From Enterovirga sp. (GTDB taxonomy: Bacteria > Pseudomonadota > Alphaproteobacteria > Rhizobiales > Beijerinckiaceae): DNA of 53,129 bases. The notes beneath the pieces are model-generated. The model was not told the DNA's origin. It saw only the letters and a program-made list of their open reading frames with translations, and made no database searches. The translations under genes and the position numbers were made by a program. The stretch is taken from NCBI GenBank assembly GCA_028290695.1, contig JAQGJJ010000158.1, forward strand, positions 1-53,129. Direction: 5' to 3'. Below, piece after piece: positions 27,138 to 36,489 of this stretch; position 1 is the first letter of the stretch; every line of letters starts with the position of its first letter.

Positions 27138-27918
27138 CGTCGAGGGCGCCTTCGGGCGCCCTCTTCATGTCTGCCAGCCGATGAAGGCTCTCGGCCTGTT
27201 CCGTAAACCGCCCGTCCGGGCCGTGCAGCACGAGCGGCGGGTCGATCTGCAATCGTGCGTGGCCGTCCTTCACCGCCCCGATCAGGACGCGGGAAGCCGG
27301 GTCACCGGCCTTCGGGTACACCGGTCCGACCGTCACCGAGCCGAAACGTCGGCCCATGGCTTCGAGGCAGCGGCCGAGGCCGTCGGCCCGATAGATCATG
27401 GCGAGCCGCCCTTTCGGCCGAAGGATGTCGGCGGCGGCCTCCAGCCACTCCGCAAGACCGCCACCCGCCATCAGATGAGCCGAGGCGCGGCGCGGCTCCG
27501 GCGAGCGCCGTGCCTCTCCCGACTCGAAGAAGGGCGGGTTCGTGGCGACGAGATCCGCCAACCCGGGCGTCAAACCGGCTGCGCGCCGCTCCGCCTTGGG
27601 CGCGAACACGTCCGCCACGACCGCGTGGGCCCGGTCGCCGAGTCCGTTGAGGGCGATGTTGCGGCGGCACAGCACGGTGAGGTCCGGCTCGCGTTCCACC
27701 AGGAGAAGGCGCGCCTCGGGACAGCGGCGCGCGATCATGAGCCCGACAGCACCCGTTCCCGCGCCGAGATCGACCGCAAGCTCGCCGCCGCGGAGGGAGG
27801 CGAATGCGGCGAGCAGCACTGCATCCGTTCCGGCCCTGTGTCCGCGCCTGGGCTGCAGCAGCGCGACGGAGCCGCCGAGCAGCCGATCCTCGCTGAGATC
27901 CTCGTCCACCTCAGCCAT
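27088..27918 (-). CDS. SAM-dependent methyltransferase, tRNA1(Val) A37 N6-methylase (TrmN6/YfiC)-like
   Basis: GHRAGTDAVLLAA, motif I VDLGAGTG and NPPF motif. Confidence 0.85.
   Translation of the reverse strand: MAEVDEDLSEDRLLGGSVALLQPRRGHRAGTDAVLLAAFASLRGGELAVDLGAGTGAVGLMIARRCPEARLLLVEREPDLTVLCRRNIALNGLGDRAHAVVADVFAPKAERRAAGLTPGLADLVATNPPFFESGEARRSPEPRRASAHLMAGGGLAEWLEAAADILRPKGRLAMIYRADGLGRCLEAMGRRFGSVTVGPVYPKAGDPASRVLIGAVKDGHARLQIDPPLVLHGPDGRFTEQAESLHRLADMKRAPEGALDVTNAPSRPAGVPRATA
27142..27166 (+). terminator. Hairpin with C(UUCG)G tetraloop after the peptide gene
   Basis: GAGGGCGCC-TTCG-GGCGCCCTC followed by TTC. Confidence 0.6.
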
Positions 27919-28135
27919 CCCGCAGCTCGGCCCCCAGGCCCGCCTCCACGATCAGCCGGCGTGCCTTGCCGGCCCAGTCATCCGGCACCAGGATGCGGCG
28001 GCCGAACATTCCGATCGAGCCTTCGAGCGCGCTCATGTGGCCATCCGCCACGAGAACCGGGACGCCCTCGCTCTCCATCAGCCCCCGCAGCACGTCGATC
28101 AGCACGATGTCGTTGGTCCGAACGAGTTCGATCAT
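27911..28135 (-). CDS. DUF2007 family small protein
   Basis: MIELVRTND..V.D.HMSALEGSIG..RRILV. Typical position between ispB and the methyltransferase. Confidence 0.8.
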   Translation of the reverse strand: MIELVRTNDIVLIDVLRGLMESEGVPVLVADGHMSALEGSIGMFGRRILVPDDWAGKARRLIVEAGLGAELRDG

Positions 28136-28247
28136 GGCTGAAACGCGGTGCCGCCTCTTGCGTCATCGGCCCGCGTTGCGGCAGGAGCCCGAGCATGCGA
28201 GCGTGCATCATCGGGCCGGCGCTCGCGTTCGGCAACGGGGGCGTGGC

Positions 28248-29267
28248 GTGGGCGTGGTAGTGTCATTCGAGGAGCGCGCCCAGGGAGCGTCCGGCGAAAT
28301 CGACGAGCTCGTCGCCCTTGTTCGGGACGACATGGAGCGGGTCAACCGGCTCATCCTCGCCCGGACCGGCTCCCGCGTGACCATGATCCCGGAGGTCGCG
28401 AATCACCTCATCTCGTCGGGAGGAAAGCGCCTCCGGCCGATGCTGACGCTCGCGACCGCGGGGCTCTCCGGCTATTCGGGGCAGGGCCACGTCCATCTCG
28501 CTGCCGCCGTCGAGTTCATGCACACGGCGACCCTTCTGCACGACGACGTCGTCGACGCCTCCACCATGCGGCGCGGCAAGATCGCGGCCCGGCTGAAATG
28601 GGGCAACGAGGCGAGCGTGCTGGTGGGCGACTTCCTGCTCGGCCAGGCGTTCAAGATGATGGTCGAGGTCGGTTCTCTCCCGGCACTCGGCATCCTGTCC
28701 TCGGCGGCGGCCGTGATCGCCGAAGGCGAGGTGCTCCAGCTCTCGGCCGCCAAGAACACCGAGACCAACGAGGACGAGTACCTGAATGTGATCCGCGGCA
28801 AGACGGCGGAGCTCTTTGCCGCGGCCTGCGAGGTCGGCGCCGTCATCGCGGAGCGCTCGAAGGCCGAGCAGGCCGCCTGTCGCTCCTACGGGATGAATCT
28901 CGGCATCGCGTTCCAGCTCGTCGACGACGCGCTCGACTATGGCGGCACCTCCGCGGCGCTCGGCAAGAACGTCGGCGACGATTTCCGCGAGGGCAAGGTC
29001 ACGCTGCCGGTCGTGCTCTCCTTTCGGCGCGGCGACGGCGAAGAGCGGGCCTTCTGGAAACGGACCCTCGAGACCGGAAACGTCCAAGACGGCGACGTCG
29101 AGCGCGCGGTCGGCATCATGCGGCGGCACCGGGCGCTCGAGGACACGGTCGAGCGCGCCCGCCATTACGGCGCCATGGCCCGGGACGCGCTGGCCCTGTT
29201 TCCGCGCAGCCCCATGAAGGCGGCTCTGCTCGGTGCGGTCGATTTCTGCATCGAACGGGTGGGCTGA
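28248..29267 (+). CDS. ispB: Polyprenyl (octa/decaprenyl) diphosphate synthase
   Basis: GGKRLRP, first motif LHDDVVD..RRG, second motif FQLVDDALD, GKNVGDD. GTG start (MGVVVSF). Confidence 0.9.
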   Translation: MGVVVSFEERAQGASGEIDELVALVRDDMERVNRLILARTGSRVTMIPEVANHLISSGGKRLRPMLTLATAGLSGYSGQGHVHLAAAVEFMHTATLLHDDVVDASTMRRGKIAARLKWGNEASVLVGDFLLGQAFKMMVEVGSLPALGILSSAAAVIAEGEVLQLSAAKNTETNEDEYLNVIRGKTAELFAAACEVGAVIAERSKAEQAACRSYGMNLGIAFQLVDDALDYGGTSAALGKNVGDDFREGKVTLPVVLSFRRGDGEERAFWKRTLETGNVQDGDVERAVGIMRRHRALEDTVERARHYGAMARDALALFPRSPMKAALLGAVDFCIERVG

Positions 29268-29272
29268 GCGGC

Positions 29273-30148
29273 TCAGCGCAGGACTGTCGCCTTCACCCAC
29301 CAGCCCGGCTCAGCCCGGCTCACCACGCGGGCGGCCCGGGAGGCGGCCCGGCAATCGTCGTAGATCCCGAACACGGTCGCCCCCGAGCCCGACATGCGGG
29401 CGAGGCGGCATCCGGGCTGCTCGGCAAGCCGTCCGAGCGCCGCGCCGATCTCGGGCGCGGCGGCGCGGGCCGGCGGCTCGAGGTCGTTGCGGGTGGCCCC
29501 GAGCGTCTCGACCAGCCGCACGGCGTCCGCGATCCCGCCGGCATCCGGGTGGGCCGCGGAGCCGGTGCTCCCGCCCTTCGCGAGCCCGAGCCGCCGGAAC
29601 ACCTCGGGCGTCGGCACCGCGACGCCAGGATTGGCCAGAACGGCGAATAGCGGCGGCAGGGGAACGGGCGGGCCGATCTCGTCGCCGATGCCGCGCATCA
29701 TGCGGGCCCGCGGATCGAGGCATACCGGAACGTCTGCGCCCGTTGCGCGGGCGGCCGCGACCACGTCCGGGTGGTCGATCGCCAGCCCGTTCAACCGCGC
29801 CAGGAGGCGCAGCGCGCCCGCCGCATCCGAGGAGCCGCCGCCGATGCCGGCCGCGGCGGGAAGGTTCTTGGTTAGCGTGAAGGCGCCGAGCGTAAGGCCC
29901 GGGCGCCTCTCCGCCAGGGCGCGGGCTGCCCGCAGCACGAGATTGTCGTCGTCCGGACCCGCAGCCGCGGCCTTGGGACCGGCCACGGACAGGCTCAAGC
30001 CTCCGCCCGGCTGCAGGTGCAGCCGGTCGGCCACGCCGGCAAAGACCACGAGGCTCTCAAGCACGTGGTAGCCGTCGTGGCGCCGCCCGAGCACGTGCAG
30101 GGTCAGGTTGACCTTCGCGGGGGCGCGGGTTGTCAGGCCGGGTGACAT
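29273..30148 (-). CDS. ispE: 4-(cytidine 5'-diphospho)-2-C-methyl-D-erythritol kinase
   Basis: [15 protein letters not shown] motif [29 protein letters not shown]. Confidence 0.95.
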   Translation of the reverse strand: MSPGLTTRAPAKVNLTLHVLGRRHDGYHVLESLVVFAGVADRLHLQPGGGLSLSVAGPKAAAAGPDDDNLVLRAARALAERRPGLTLGAFTLTKNLPAAAGIGGGSSDAAGALRLLARLNGLAIDHPDVVAAARATGADVPVCLDPRARMMRGIGDEIGPPVPLPPLFAVLANPGVAVPTPEVFRRLGLAKGGSTGSAAHPDAGGIADAVRLVETLGATRNDLEPPARAAAPEIGAALGRLAEQPGCRLARMSGSGATVFGIYDDCRAASRAARVVSRAEPGWWVKATVLR

Positions 30149-30201
30149 GGAGATGGCAGCGACCTGCCGCGCCGGGGGCGCGGCCGGGTTCCGGTGAGCC
30201 T

Positions 30202-32001
30202 CTATCCGCCGCTCTTCTCGGTCACCGGCGCGCTGGTCTGTGCCTCGGCCGGCTTCGAGTCGTCGGGCAGCCCGGACGCAAGCTTCTCGTCGATCTTCTT
30301 CAGATCCTCCGGCTCCGGACCCGCGTCCTTGGCGTGCTGCCACTGGAACTTGGCCTCGAGCCGGCGCCCGACGCGCCAATAGGCGTCGCCCAGGTGATCG
30401 TTGATGACGGGATCGCCGGATTTCAGCTCAGCGGCCTTCTCGAGCTCGCGCACGGCCTCCTCGTAGCGGCCGAACCGGAAATACGCCCAGCCCAGGCTGT
30501 CGATGATCATTCCGTCGCGGGGGTTCAGCTCCACAGCACGACGCAGCAGCTTGAACGCCTCGTCGAGGTTGATCGCCTGATCGACCCACGAATAGCCGAG
30601 GTAGTTGAGGACCTGGCTCTTTCCGAGGGGTTGTGAGTCCGGAACGAGTTCCAGCGCCTTCTTCAGGTCCGCCTCGGCCTTGGCCCATTCCTTCGACCGC
30701 TCGTAGGCGGTGCCGCGGTAATAGTAGAGCGGCCACAGGCCGGCATCGCCGACCTCCGTCCGGGCGATGGCCCGGCCGTAGATCTCGGCCGCCTCGGCAT
30801 ATTGCTTCCGTGACCGGTAGACGTTGCCCAGCGCCACCAGCACCTCGTTGTCGTCCGGCCGCAGCTTGCCGAGGCGCTCCAGGTGCTGGACCGCCTCGTC
30901 GCCCCGGCCGAGCTGCTCAAGGCTGAGCCCGATCTGGACATCCGCGGTGGCGCGGAGCGGCGATTCCACCGGCAGGCGACGCAGCGTCTCGATGGCCTGC
31001 TCGGTGCGCTTCATGCGCTCGAAGACCTCGGCGAGCGTCACCGTGGCGAGGGCATGGTCCGGGTTCAGGTACAGCGCGAGCCGCAGATAGACGATGGAGG
31101 CGAGTTCGTCCCCCTGCTGGCTTCCGGCGGAGCCGAGCCCGTACAGCACCTCGGCGGCGCCTTCCTGGACGGTGGCGACGAGCGGCGGCAGCGTGCGGCC
31201 GGCGCTCAGCTCGTCCATGGCCTGCTTCACCAGCGGGTGCCGCGGCGCCACGGCCGAGAAGCCTCGATACACTTCGAGCGCCTGCTCGGTCTGGCCGCGC
31301 CGGGCGAGAAGTCGCCCGTAGGCGTCGACGATGCGCAGCGTCGTCTTCTCGGCCTCGTAGGCAGACTTGAGACGACGCTCCGCTTCCGCGGCATTCCCGG
31401 TGAGATCGGCGATCAGTCCGCCGTGATAGTCGCGGAAGGCTGCGAAGCCGCGTTCGCCGCGGAGCTGGTCCACCGTCTCGAGCGCCCGCTTGCCGTCCCG
31501 CGAACCGACGAACGACCAGGCGGTCAGCAGCGTCGCGGTCAGGTCCGCCGCCCGGCCTCGGGCGCCCTTTCCGAGATAGGTGCGGGCCGCGGCATATTGC
31601 TTCGCCCTGACGGACCTGACCCCGAGCGCGAGCTGCGCCAAGCCATTGCCGTCGCGCTGCACGAGCCGCTCCGCCGCCCGGCCCGCGCCCTGCAGGTCGC
31701 CGTCGGCCAGCAGCGACACGAAGGCGCGCTCCAGCAGCTCCGGATTGCGAGGATCATCCTTCAGGGCTTCACGGTAGAACAGAGCGGCCGCGTTGGTGTC
31801 GCGGGCGGTGCCCGCGATGTAGGCTGCCAGATAATTTCCCTCGAGGCTGGCGGCCGGCGAGAATGGCGCCGGCGTTCCGGGCGTCGGGGGGGCAGGGGCC
31901 CGTTTGGCGAGGGCGGGGCCGGCGACCATGATCGCGGCAGCGGCGGCGACGGCAAGCCTTGCCGCTCCGAACCGGAAGGCCATCCTGCGCAAAGCCACCA
32001 T
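30202..32001 (-). CDS. Exported tetratricopeptide-repeat protein
   Basis: Signal peptide (..GPALA), GNYLAA, multiple TPRs, [25 protein letters not shown]. Start could be 31983. Confidence 0.88.
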   Translation of the reverse strand: MVALRRMAFRFGAARLAVAAAAAIMVAGPALAKRAPAPPTPGTPAPFSPAASLEGNYLAAYIAGTARDTNAAALFYREALKDDPRNPELLERAFVSLLADGDLQGAGRAAERLVQRDGNGLAQLALGVRSVRAKQYAAARTYLGKGARGRAADLTATLLTAWSFVGSRDGKRALETVDQLRGERGFAAFRDYHGGLIADLTGNAAEAERRLKSAYEAEKTTLRIVDAYGRLLARRGQTEQALEVYRGFSAVAPRHPLVKQAMDELSAGRTLPPLVATVQEGAAEVLYGLGSAGSQQGDELASIVYLRLALYLNPDHALATVTLAEVFERMKRTEQAIETLRRLPVESPLRATADVQIGLSLEQLGRGDEAVQHLERLGKLRPDDNEVLVALGNVYRSRKQYAEAAEIYGRAIARTEVGDAGLWPLYYYRGTAYERSKEWAKAEADLKKALELVPDSQPLGKSQVLNYLGYSWVDQAINLDEAFKLLRRAVELNPRDGMIIDSLGWAYFRFGRYEEAVRELEKAAELKSGDPVINDHLGDAYWRVGRRLEAKFQWQHAKDAGPEPEDLKKIDEKLASGLPDDSKPAEAQTSAPVTEKSGG

Positions 32002-32149
32002 CCCGCTCCCGTCCGGCCGGCCGCCGAATCCAGGATTCGCGGCGAACCGGTCAATCGACGCACCATGCCGGGTCGCACGGAGCGCTGCAAGGCACAACGA
32101 CGCCGCGCCGTGTGGGCCGGCGCCGCGGCACCGGCCGGCGGACCGCCCA

Positions 32150-33913
32150 TCATACCGGATCGCGTACGAAGCTCCACCGCGCCGTGATCGACCCCCCCGG
32201 AACGGCCTTGTCCATCCGGACCACGATCTGCCGGCTCGGCCGCCAGCCCTCCGGGCCGCCGAGATAGAGGCTGTCCTCCACCGCCAGCCGGGCGCCGTTC
32301 GCGGCAAAGCGCCAACGCTGCCCCTCCGGCCCGCTCAGCACGACCGCGGATCCCGCCTCGTCGAGATCTGCGCCGATCACCGGGCTGAGGTGGAACCGGA
32401 GCACGGGCCTCGGCAGGCCGCCCGGATCGCCGGCCAGCGTCAGCGTATCGGTCCCGTCGAGCCGGAAGCCGTCCGGAGCCAGCAACCAACGCCGCTCGTG
32501 CGTGGCGCCGAACGAAGGGCCGTAGCCGTCGTGACTCGCCGTGCAGGACAGCGAGCCGTCGGGCTCCGTCCGGCGCTCGACCATCACGCTGGTCGGGCCG
32601 CGCACCAGGGCCGGGCCGAGCCGGCTCCTCAGCCAGCGGCCGATCGGGCCCGGGACCTCGGTGATGAAGAGGGCGGAGGAGCGGTCGCCGAGCGACAGCG
32701 TCGAATGAGCGGCGGTGCGCCGGGCCCCCTGGCGGGCCGGATCCTCGCCGCTGATCCCCGCATTCACCACCATGCGGGAGCCGCCGACCGACAGTTCGAA
32801 GGAGAGACAGCCCGCATGGGCGGCCCTGCCGGATTCAACCGGCGGGGCGCGGCCGGTATCGGCGATCAGCACCGTCTCGCCGGCCTGGAGCCGCAGGTAG
32901 CCCGAGGCCTCGGCATAGGCTGGCGCCGCCCCCCGCACGGTGTCGTACGAGAGGAGCGTCGCCACCTGGTCGGCAGCCGTGGGGCCCATGCCATTGAAGA
33001 GGGCGAGCTCCGAACCGCCTGCCCTCAGGTAGCGCAACATCGGCATCATGCGGTCGATCGCCCGCACGAGCGCGTCCGGCGTCTCCAGGCTCCGGCTCGC
33101 GTAGAGAAGGCGAAGCGGCAGGAGGTCGAGCAGGAGGTCCACCAGCACGCCGGGGTTGCGGCTCACATGCCCCCCGTCGGGCAGGATCTGCGCCTCGATC
33201 TCCGCCGACAGGAGGCGCGTTGCGCGCCGGAGCCGGGTCTCGAAGCCGCTGCAGCAGAGCGCCGCGTAGCAGAGCGCGATGGCGGCCGCGAGACGGTCGA
33301 GAGGGGTGCGGGCGGACACCGCGTCGCGCTCGAGGGAGGCCACGCAGCGCCCGATCGCCCGGAGAAACGCCGCGTAGAAATTCCGGTCGGCCCCGTTCAG
33401 CACGAGCGGCGACTGGCAGAGGAACGAGATCAGCCGGCGCGCCACCACCCGGGTCTCACGCGCGGTGCCCCGCTCGAGATCGCCGCGCCGGGGGCCGACC
33501 GCCTCTGCGACCAGCGCCCGGGCGTGCTCACGGGCGAGTGCGCTTCCGGCGGCCCGCAGATGGCGCAGCCAGTCGAAGCCGTACAGTGCCCGGCTCCAGG
33601 CGGAGGACGGCGGAACCAGTTCGAAGGGCGACTGCCCGCGCGACTCGACGGCCTTGCCGGCGAAGACGAAAAGGCCGCCATAGACGTCGCTGGCGATGGT
33701 CGGGTCGGAGGTGCGCAGATCCTGCGGGGCGAAGAGCAGGCGATCCGGCTGCGGCACGCGCCAGCCCGGGCCGCGCGCGTTCCGGCGCAGCCAGGCGAGC
33801 GGCATCCGGCCGGCCTCGTGGGCAGCCAGGCCGTAGAGTTGCCAGCGTTCGGCTGCCCAGGCCAACCGAGATACCCGCCTTTCCCGAAGACCGGCGCCGT
33901 GGGCGCCAGCCAT
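32150..33913 (-). CDS. Heparinase II/III family protein
   Basis: QILPDGGHVSRNP, LALFNG, AHAGCLSFELS, R.TAAHSTL, ASHDGY. Confidence 0.85.
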   Translation of the reverse strand: MAGAHGAGLRERRVSRLAWAAERWQLYGLAAHEAGRMPLAWLRRNARGPGWRVPQPDRLLFAPQDLRTSDPTIASDVYGGLFVFAGKAVESRGQSPFELVPPSSAWSRALYGFDWLRHLRAAGSALAREHARALVAEAVGPRRGDLERGTARETRVVARRLISFLCQSPLVLNGADRNFYAAFLRAIGRCVASLERDAVSARTPLDRLAAAIALCYAALCCSGFETRLRRATRLLSAEIEAQILPDGGHVSRNPGVLVDLLLDLLPLRLLYASRSLETPDALVRAIDRMMPMLRYLRAGGSELALFNGMGPTAADQVATLLSYDTVRGAAPAYAEASGYLRLQAGETVLIADTGRAPPVESGRAAHAGCLSFELSVGGSRMVVNAGISGEDPARQGARRTAAHSTLSLGDRSSALFITEVPGPIGRWLRSRLGPALVRGPTSVMVERRTEPDGSLSCTASHDGYGPSFGATHERRWLLAPDGFRLDGTDTLTLAGDPGGLPRPVLRFHLSPVIGADLDEAGSAVVLSGPEGQRWRFAANGARLAVEDSLYLGGPEGWRPSRQIVVRMDKAVPGGSITARWSFVRDPV

Positions 33914-33928
33914 CTCCTGAATGGCGCA

Positions 33929-35281
33929 TCAGGCAGGGTTGCGCGAGACCCGCAGCGCGAAAAACCCATCCATGCCGGGCTTGATCCCAGGCAAAGTCGC
34001 GAGCCCGTCCGGTGTGGTGCGCAAATCGCCCGCCGGGCCGATCCAGGCGGGATCGATGCCGTGCTCGCCGGGGGCGACCGGCTCGCGGCGGAAGGCGGGA
34101 TTGCGCGCCAGAAAGGCGGCCGCCTGGTGCTCGCCTTCCTCGGGCTCGAGCGAGCACACGCAGTACACCATCCTGCCGCCCGGCCTGACCAGCGTCGCCG
34201 CGTGATCGAGCAGGCGGGCCTGCAGGTCGGCCAGGGAGGCGAGGTCGCGCTCGCGCTTGCTCCAGGCGACGTCGGGGTGCCGCCGGATCGTGCCGGTCGC
34301 CGTGCAGGGCGCGTCCAGCAGCACGGCGTCGAACGGCTCGGCCGAGAACGACAGCCCGTCGGCGCACACCGCGTCCGCCGACAGTCCGAGCCGCGCCATG
34401 TTGGCGACGAGGCGCTTCAGCCGGCTGGCGGAGCGGTCCACCGCCGTGACGGAGGCGCCTGCGGCTGCGAGCTGGGCCGTCTTGCCGCCCGGCGCCGCGC
34501 ACATGTCGAGCACGCGCTCGCCCGCCGACACGCCGAGCAATCGGGCCGGCAGGGCCGCGGCCGCGTCCTGGACCCACCACTCGCCCTCCTCGAAGCCGGG
34601 CAGATCGGGGATGGCAGTCCGGTCCGCCACCCGGATGCTGCCCGTCGGGAGGAGATGCCCACCGAGGCGGGCGGCCCATTCGGCAGGGCCCGATTTCACG
34701 CTGATGTCGAGCGCGGCCCCGTCCCGGTGCGCGGCAGCGATGGCGGCTGCCCGCTCGGCCCCGTAGGCCGCGACCCATCGTTCCGCCATCCAGACCGGCG
34801 CGTCGTCGAGCGGCGCCTCGGCGGAGAGCAGGATGTCGTCGCGCTCACGGGCGATACGGCGGAGGACCGCGTTGGCGAGACCCGCGAGGTGACCGAGTTT
34901 GGGGTCGCGCCGGGCGAGCTCCACCGTGAGATCCACCGCCGCATGGTCGGGCACGTTCAGGAACAGGATCTGTGCGGCGCCCGTTGCGAGCAGCGCGAAG
35001 GCACGCTCGTCGGCGGACAAGCCCTTCGCGAGGCGCGCATGCAGTGCGTTGCCGATGGTGCCAAGGCGGCGAAAGGTCGTCACCGCGATCGCGCGGGCAA
35101 GCGGGTCCGCGTCCGGATCGCCTGCCCGGGACGCGAGGGCGTCGTCGAGGCTGACGCTCGTGCCGAGCACCTCCGCCACGCCGGCAACCGCAAGCCGTCG
35201 CGCGGCGAAGCCCGGCGGCTCGGATTTCGGGTCGGGCCGTGCCCTGGTGGCGGCGGGGCGGTGCGGGCGGGCGGCTTTCAT
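33929..35281 (-). CDS. rsmB: RsmB/NOP2 family SAM-dependent RNA (m5C) methyltransferase
   Basis: NusB-like N-terminus, [36 protein letters not shown] overlap with the htpX stop. Confidence 0.85.
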   Translation of the reverse strand: MKAARPHRPAATRARPDPKSEPPGFAARRLAVAGVAEVLGTSVSLDDALASRAGDPDADPLARAIAVTTFRRLGTIGNALHARLAKGLSADERAFALLATGAAQILFLNVPDHAAVDLTVELARRDPKLGHLAGLANAVLRRIARERDDILLSAEAPLDDAPVWMAERWVAAYGAERAAAIAAAHRDGAALDISVKSGPAEWAARLGGHLLPTGSIRVADRTAIPDLPGFEEGEWWVQDAAAALPARLLGVSAGERVLDMCAAPGGKTAQLAAAGASVTAVDRSASRLKRLVANMARLGLSADAVCADGLSFSAEPFDAVLLDAPCTATGTIRRHPDVAWSKRERDLASLADLQARLLDHAATLVRPGGRMVYCVCSLEPEEGEHQAAAFLARNPAFRREPVAPGEHGIDPAWIGPAGDLRTTPDGLATLPGIKPGMDGFFALRVSRNPA

Positions 35282-36168
35282 CGGGGCCAGGGAGACTGGC
35301 GGACGCCGCGGGACGACGCGGTCCCGGTGCCGCGCTGCACTGCCATGGCCTGGAGCGCCGCGATCCGGTTCGCGGTCGCCGGATGGGTCGAGAACAGGCC
35401 GTCGAGCCCGCGCCCCGTCAGCGGGTTGACGATGAAGAGCGGTGCGGTCGCGGGATGGCGTTCGGCGTCCAGGTTGATGTCCCGGGCGGTGCCGGCCTCG
35501 ATGCGGGACAGGGCGGAGGCGAGCGCGAGGGGCTCGCCGCTGATCTCCGCACCCTGGCGGTCGGCTTCGTATTCGCGCGATCGGCTGATCGCGAACTGGA
35601 TGATCATGGCGGCGATGGGAGCTAGGAGTGCGGTGGCGAGGGAGACGATCGGGTTCGGCCGATGGTCGCCGCGGCCCCCGAACATGAACCCGAACTGCGC
35701 CAAGGTCGAGATGGCACCGGCAATCGTGGCCGTTACCGTCATCAGAAGCGTGTCGCGGCTGCGGATATGGGCGAGCTCGTGCGCGATCACGCCCCTGAGC
35801 TCGGCTCGGCTCAGCGTGTCGAGAAGCCCGGTCGAGACCGCGACCGCTGCCTTCTCGGGGTTGCGGCCGGTCGCAAACGCGTTCGGCTGAGCGTTGTCGA
35901 GCAGATAGACCCGCGGCATGGGCAGCCCCGCCCGCGCGGCGAGTTCGGCGACGAGCCGGACGAGATCGGGTGCGCTGCGCTCGTCGACCTCCTCCGCGCC
36001 GTGGGCGGAGAGCGCGAGCCGGTCGGAATTCCACCAGGCGAAGATGTTCGTCGCGACCGCGAGGCCGAGCGCCATCACGGTGCCGGTCGCGCCGCCGAGC
36101 GCATATCCGATGACCCCGAACAGGGCGGTCAGCCCGGCGAGCAGGAGCCCTGTCTTGACCGTGTTCAT
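35278..36168 (-). CDS. htpX: Zinc metalloprotease HtpX
   Basis: [16 protein letters not shown] zinc motif, [23 protein letters not shown]. Confidence 0.93.
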   Translation of the reverse strand: MNTVKTGLLLAGLTALFGVIGYALGGATGTVMALGLAVATNIFAWWNSDRLALSAHGAEEVDERSAPDLVRLVAELAARAGLPMPRVYLLDNAQPNAFATGRNPEKAAVAVSTGLLDTLSRAELRGVIAHELAHIRSRDTLLMTVTATIAGAISTLAQFGFMFGGRGDHRPNPIVSLATALLAPIAAMIIQFAISRSREYEADRQGAEISGEPLALASALSRIEAGTARDINLDAERHPATAPLFIVNPLTGRGLDGLFSTHPATANRIAALQAMAVQRGTGTASSRGVRQSPWPR

Positions 36169-36189
36169 CCGGGCCTCCACCTGTTCCCC

Positions 36190-36435
36190 ATGTCGCACAC
36201 ACTCCTCGACCATGTGGGAACGCCGGCCGGCGACCGGCAAGGATCCGACGACCCGGCTGCCAAGGCGCTGAGCCCGGCTGCGCGCCGGGCGCTGGACGAG
36301 GCCGCCGCCCGGCGCGCCGAAATCGACCGCCGCGCCGCCGCCATCGGTCAGAGCCCCGAGCAGAACGGCCGCGGCGGCCTCGATCCGGTTCGTTACGACG
36401 ATTGGGAGATCGCCGGCCGGGCCGTGGATTTTTGA
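36190..36435 (+). CDS. DUF1674 (SDHAF4-like) small protein
   Basis: [13 protein letters not shown] and C-terminal [20 protein letters not shown]. Start uncertain (ATG 36190 or GTG 36214). Confidence 0.8.
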   Translation: MSHTLLDHVGTPAGDRQGSDDPAAKALSPAARRALDEAAARRAEIDRRAAAIGQSPEQNGRGGLDPVRYDDWEIAGRAVDF

Positions 36436-36489
36436 GGCGGGGGCGCCTGCGCGCTTCCCGATCGCCGCGAGGCGCTGCGATCGGGGGCG

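Noticed and set aside
31904-35890. 1328-aa plus-strand ORF
   Set aside because: Antisense shadow of the heparinase, rsmB and htpX genes. It is Arg/Ala/Gly-rich with no motifs, which is typical of high-GC DNA.
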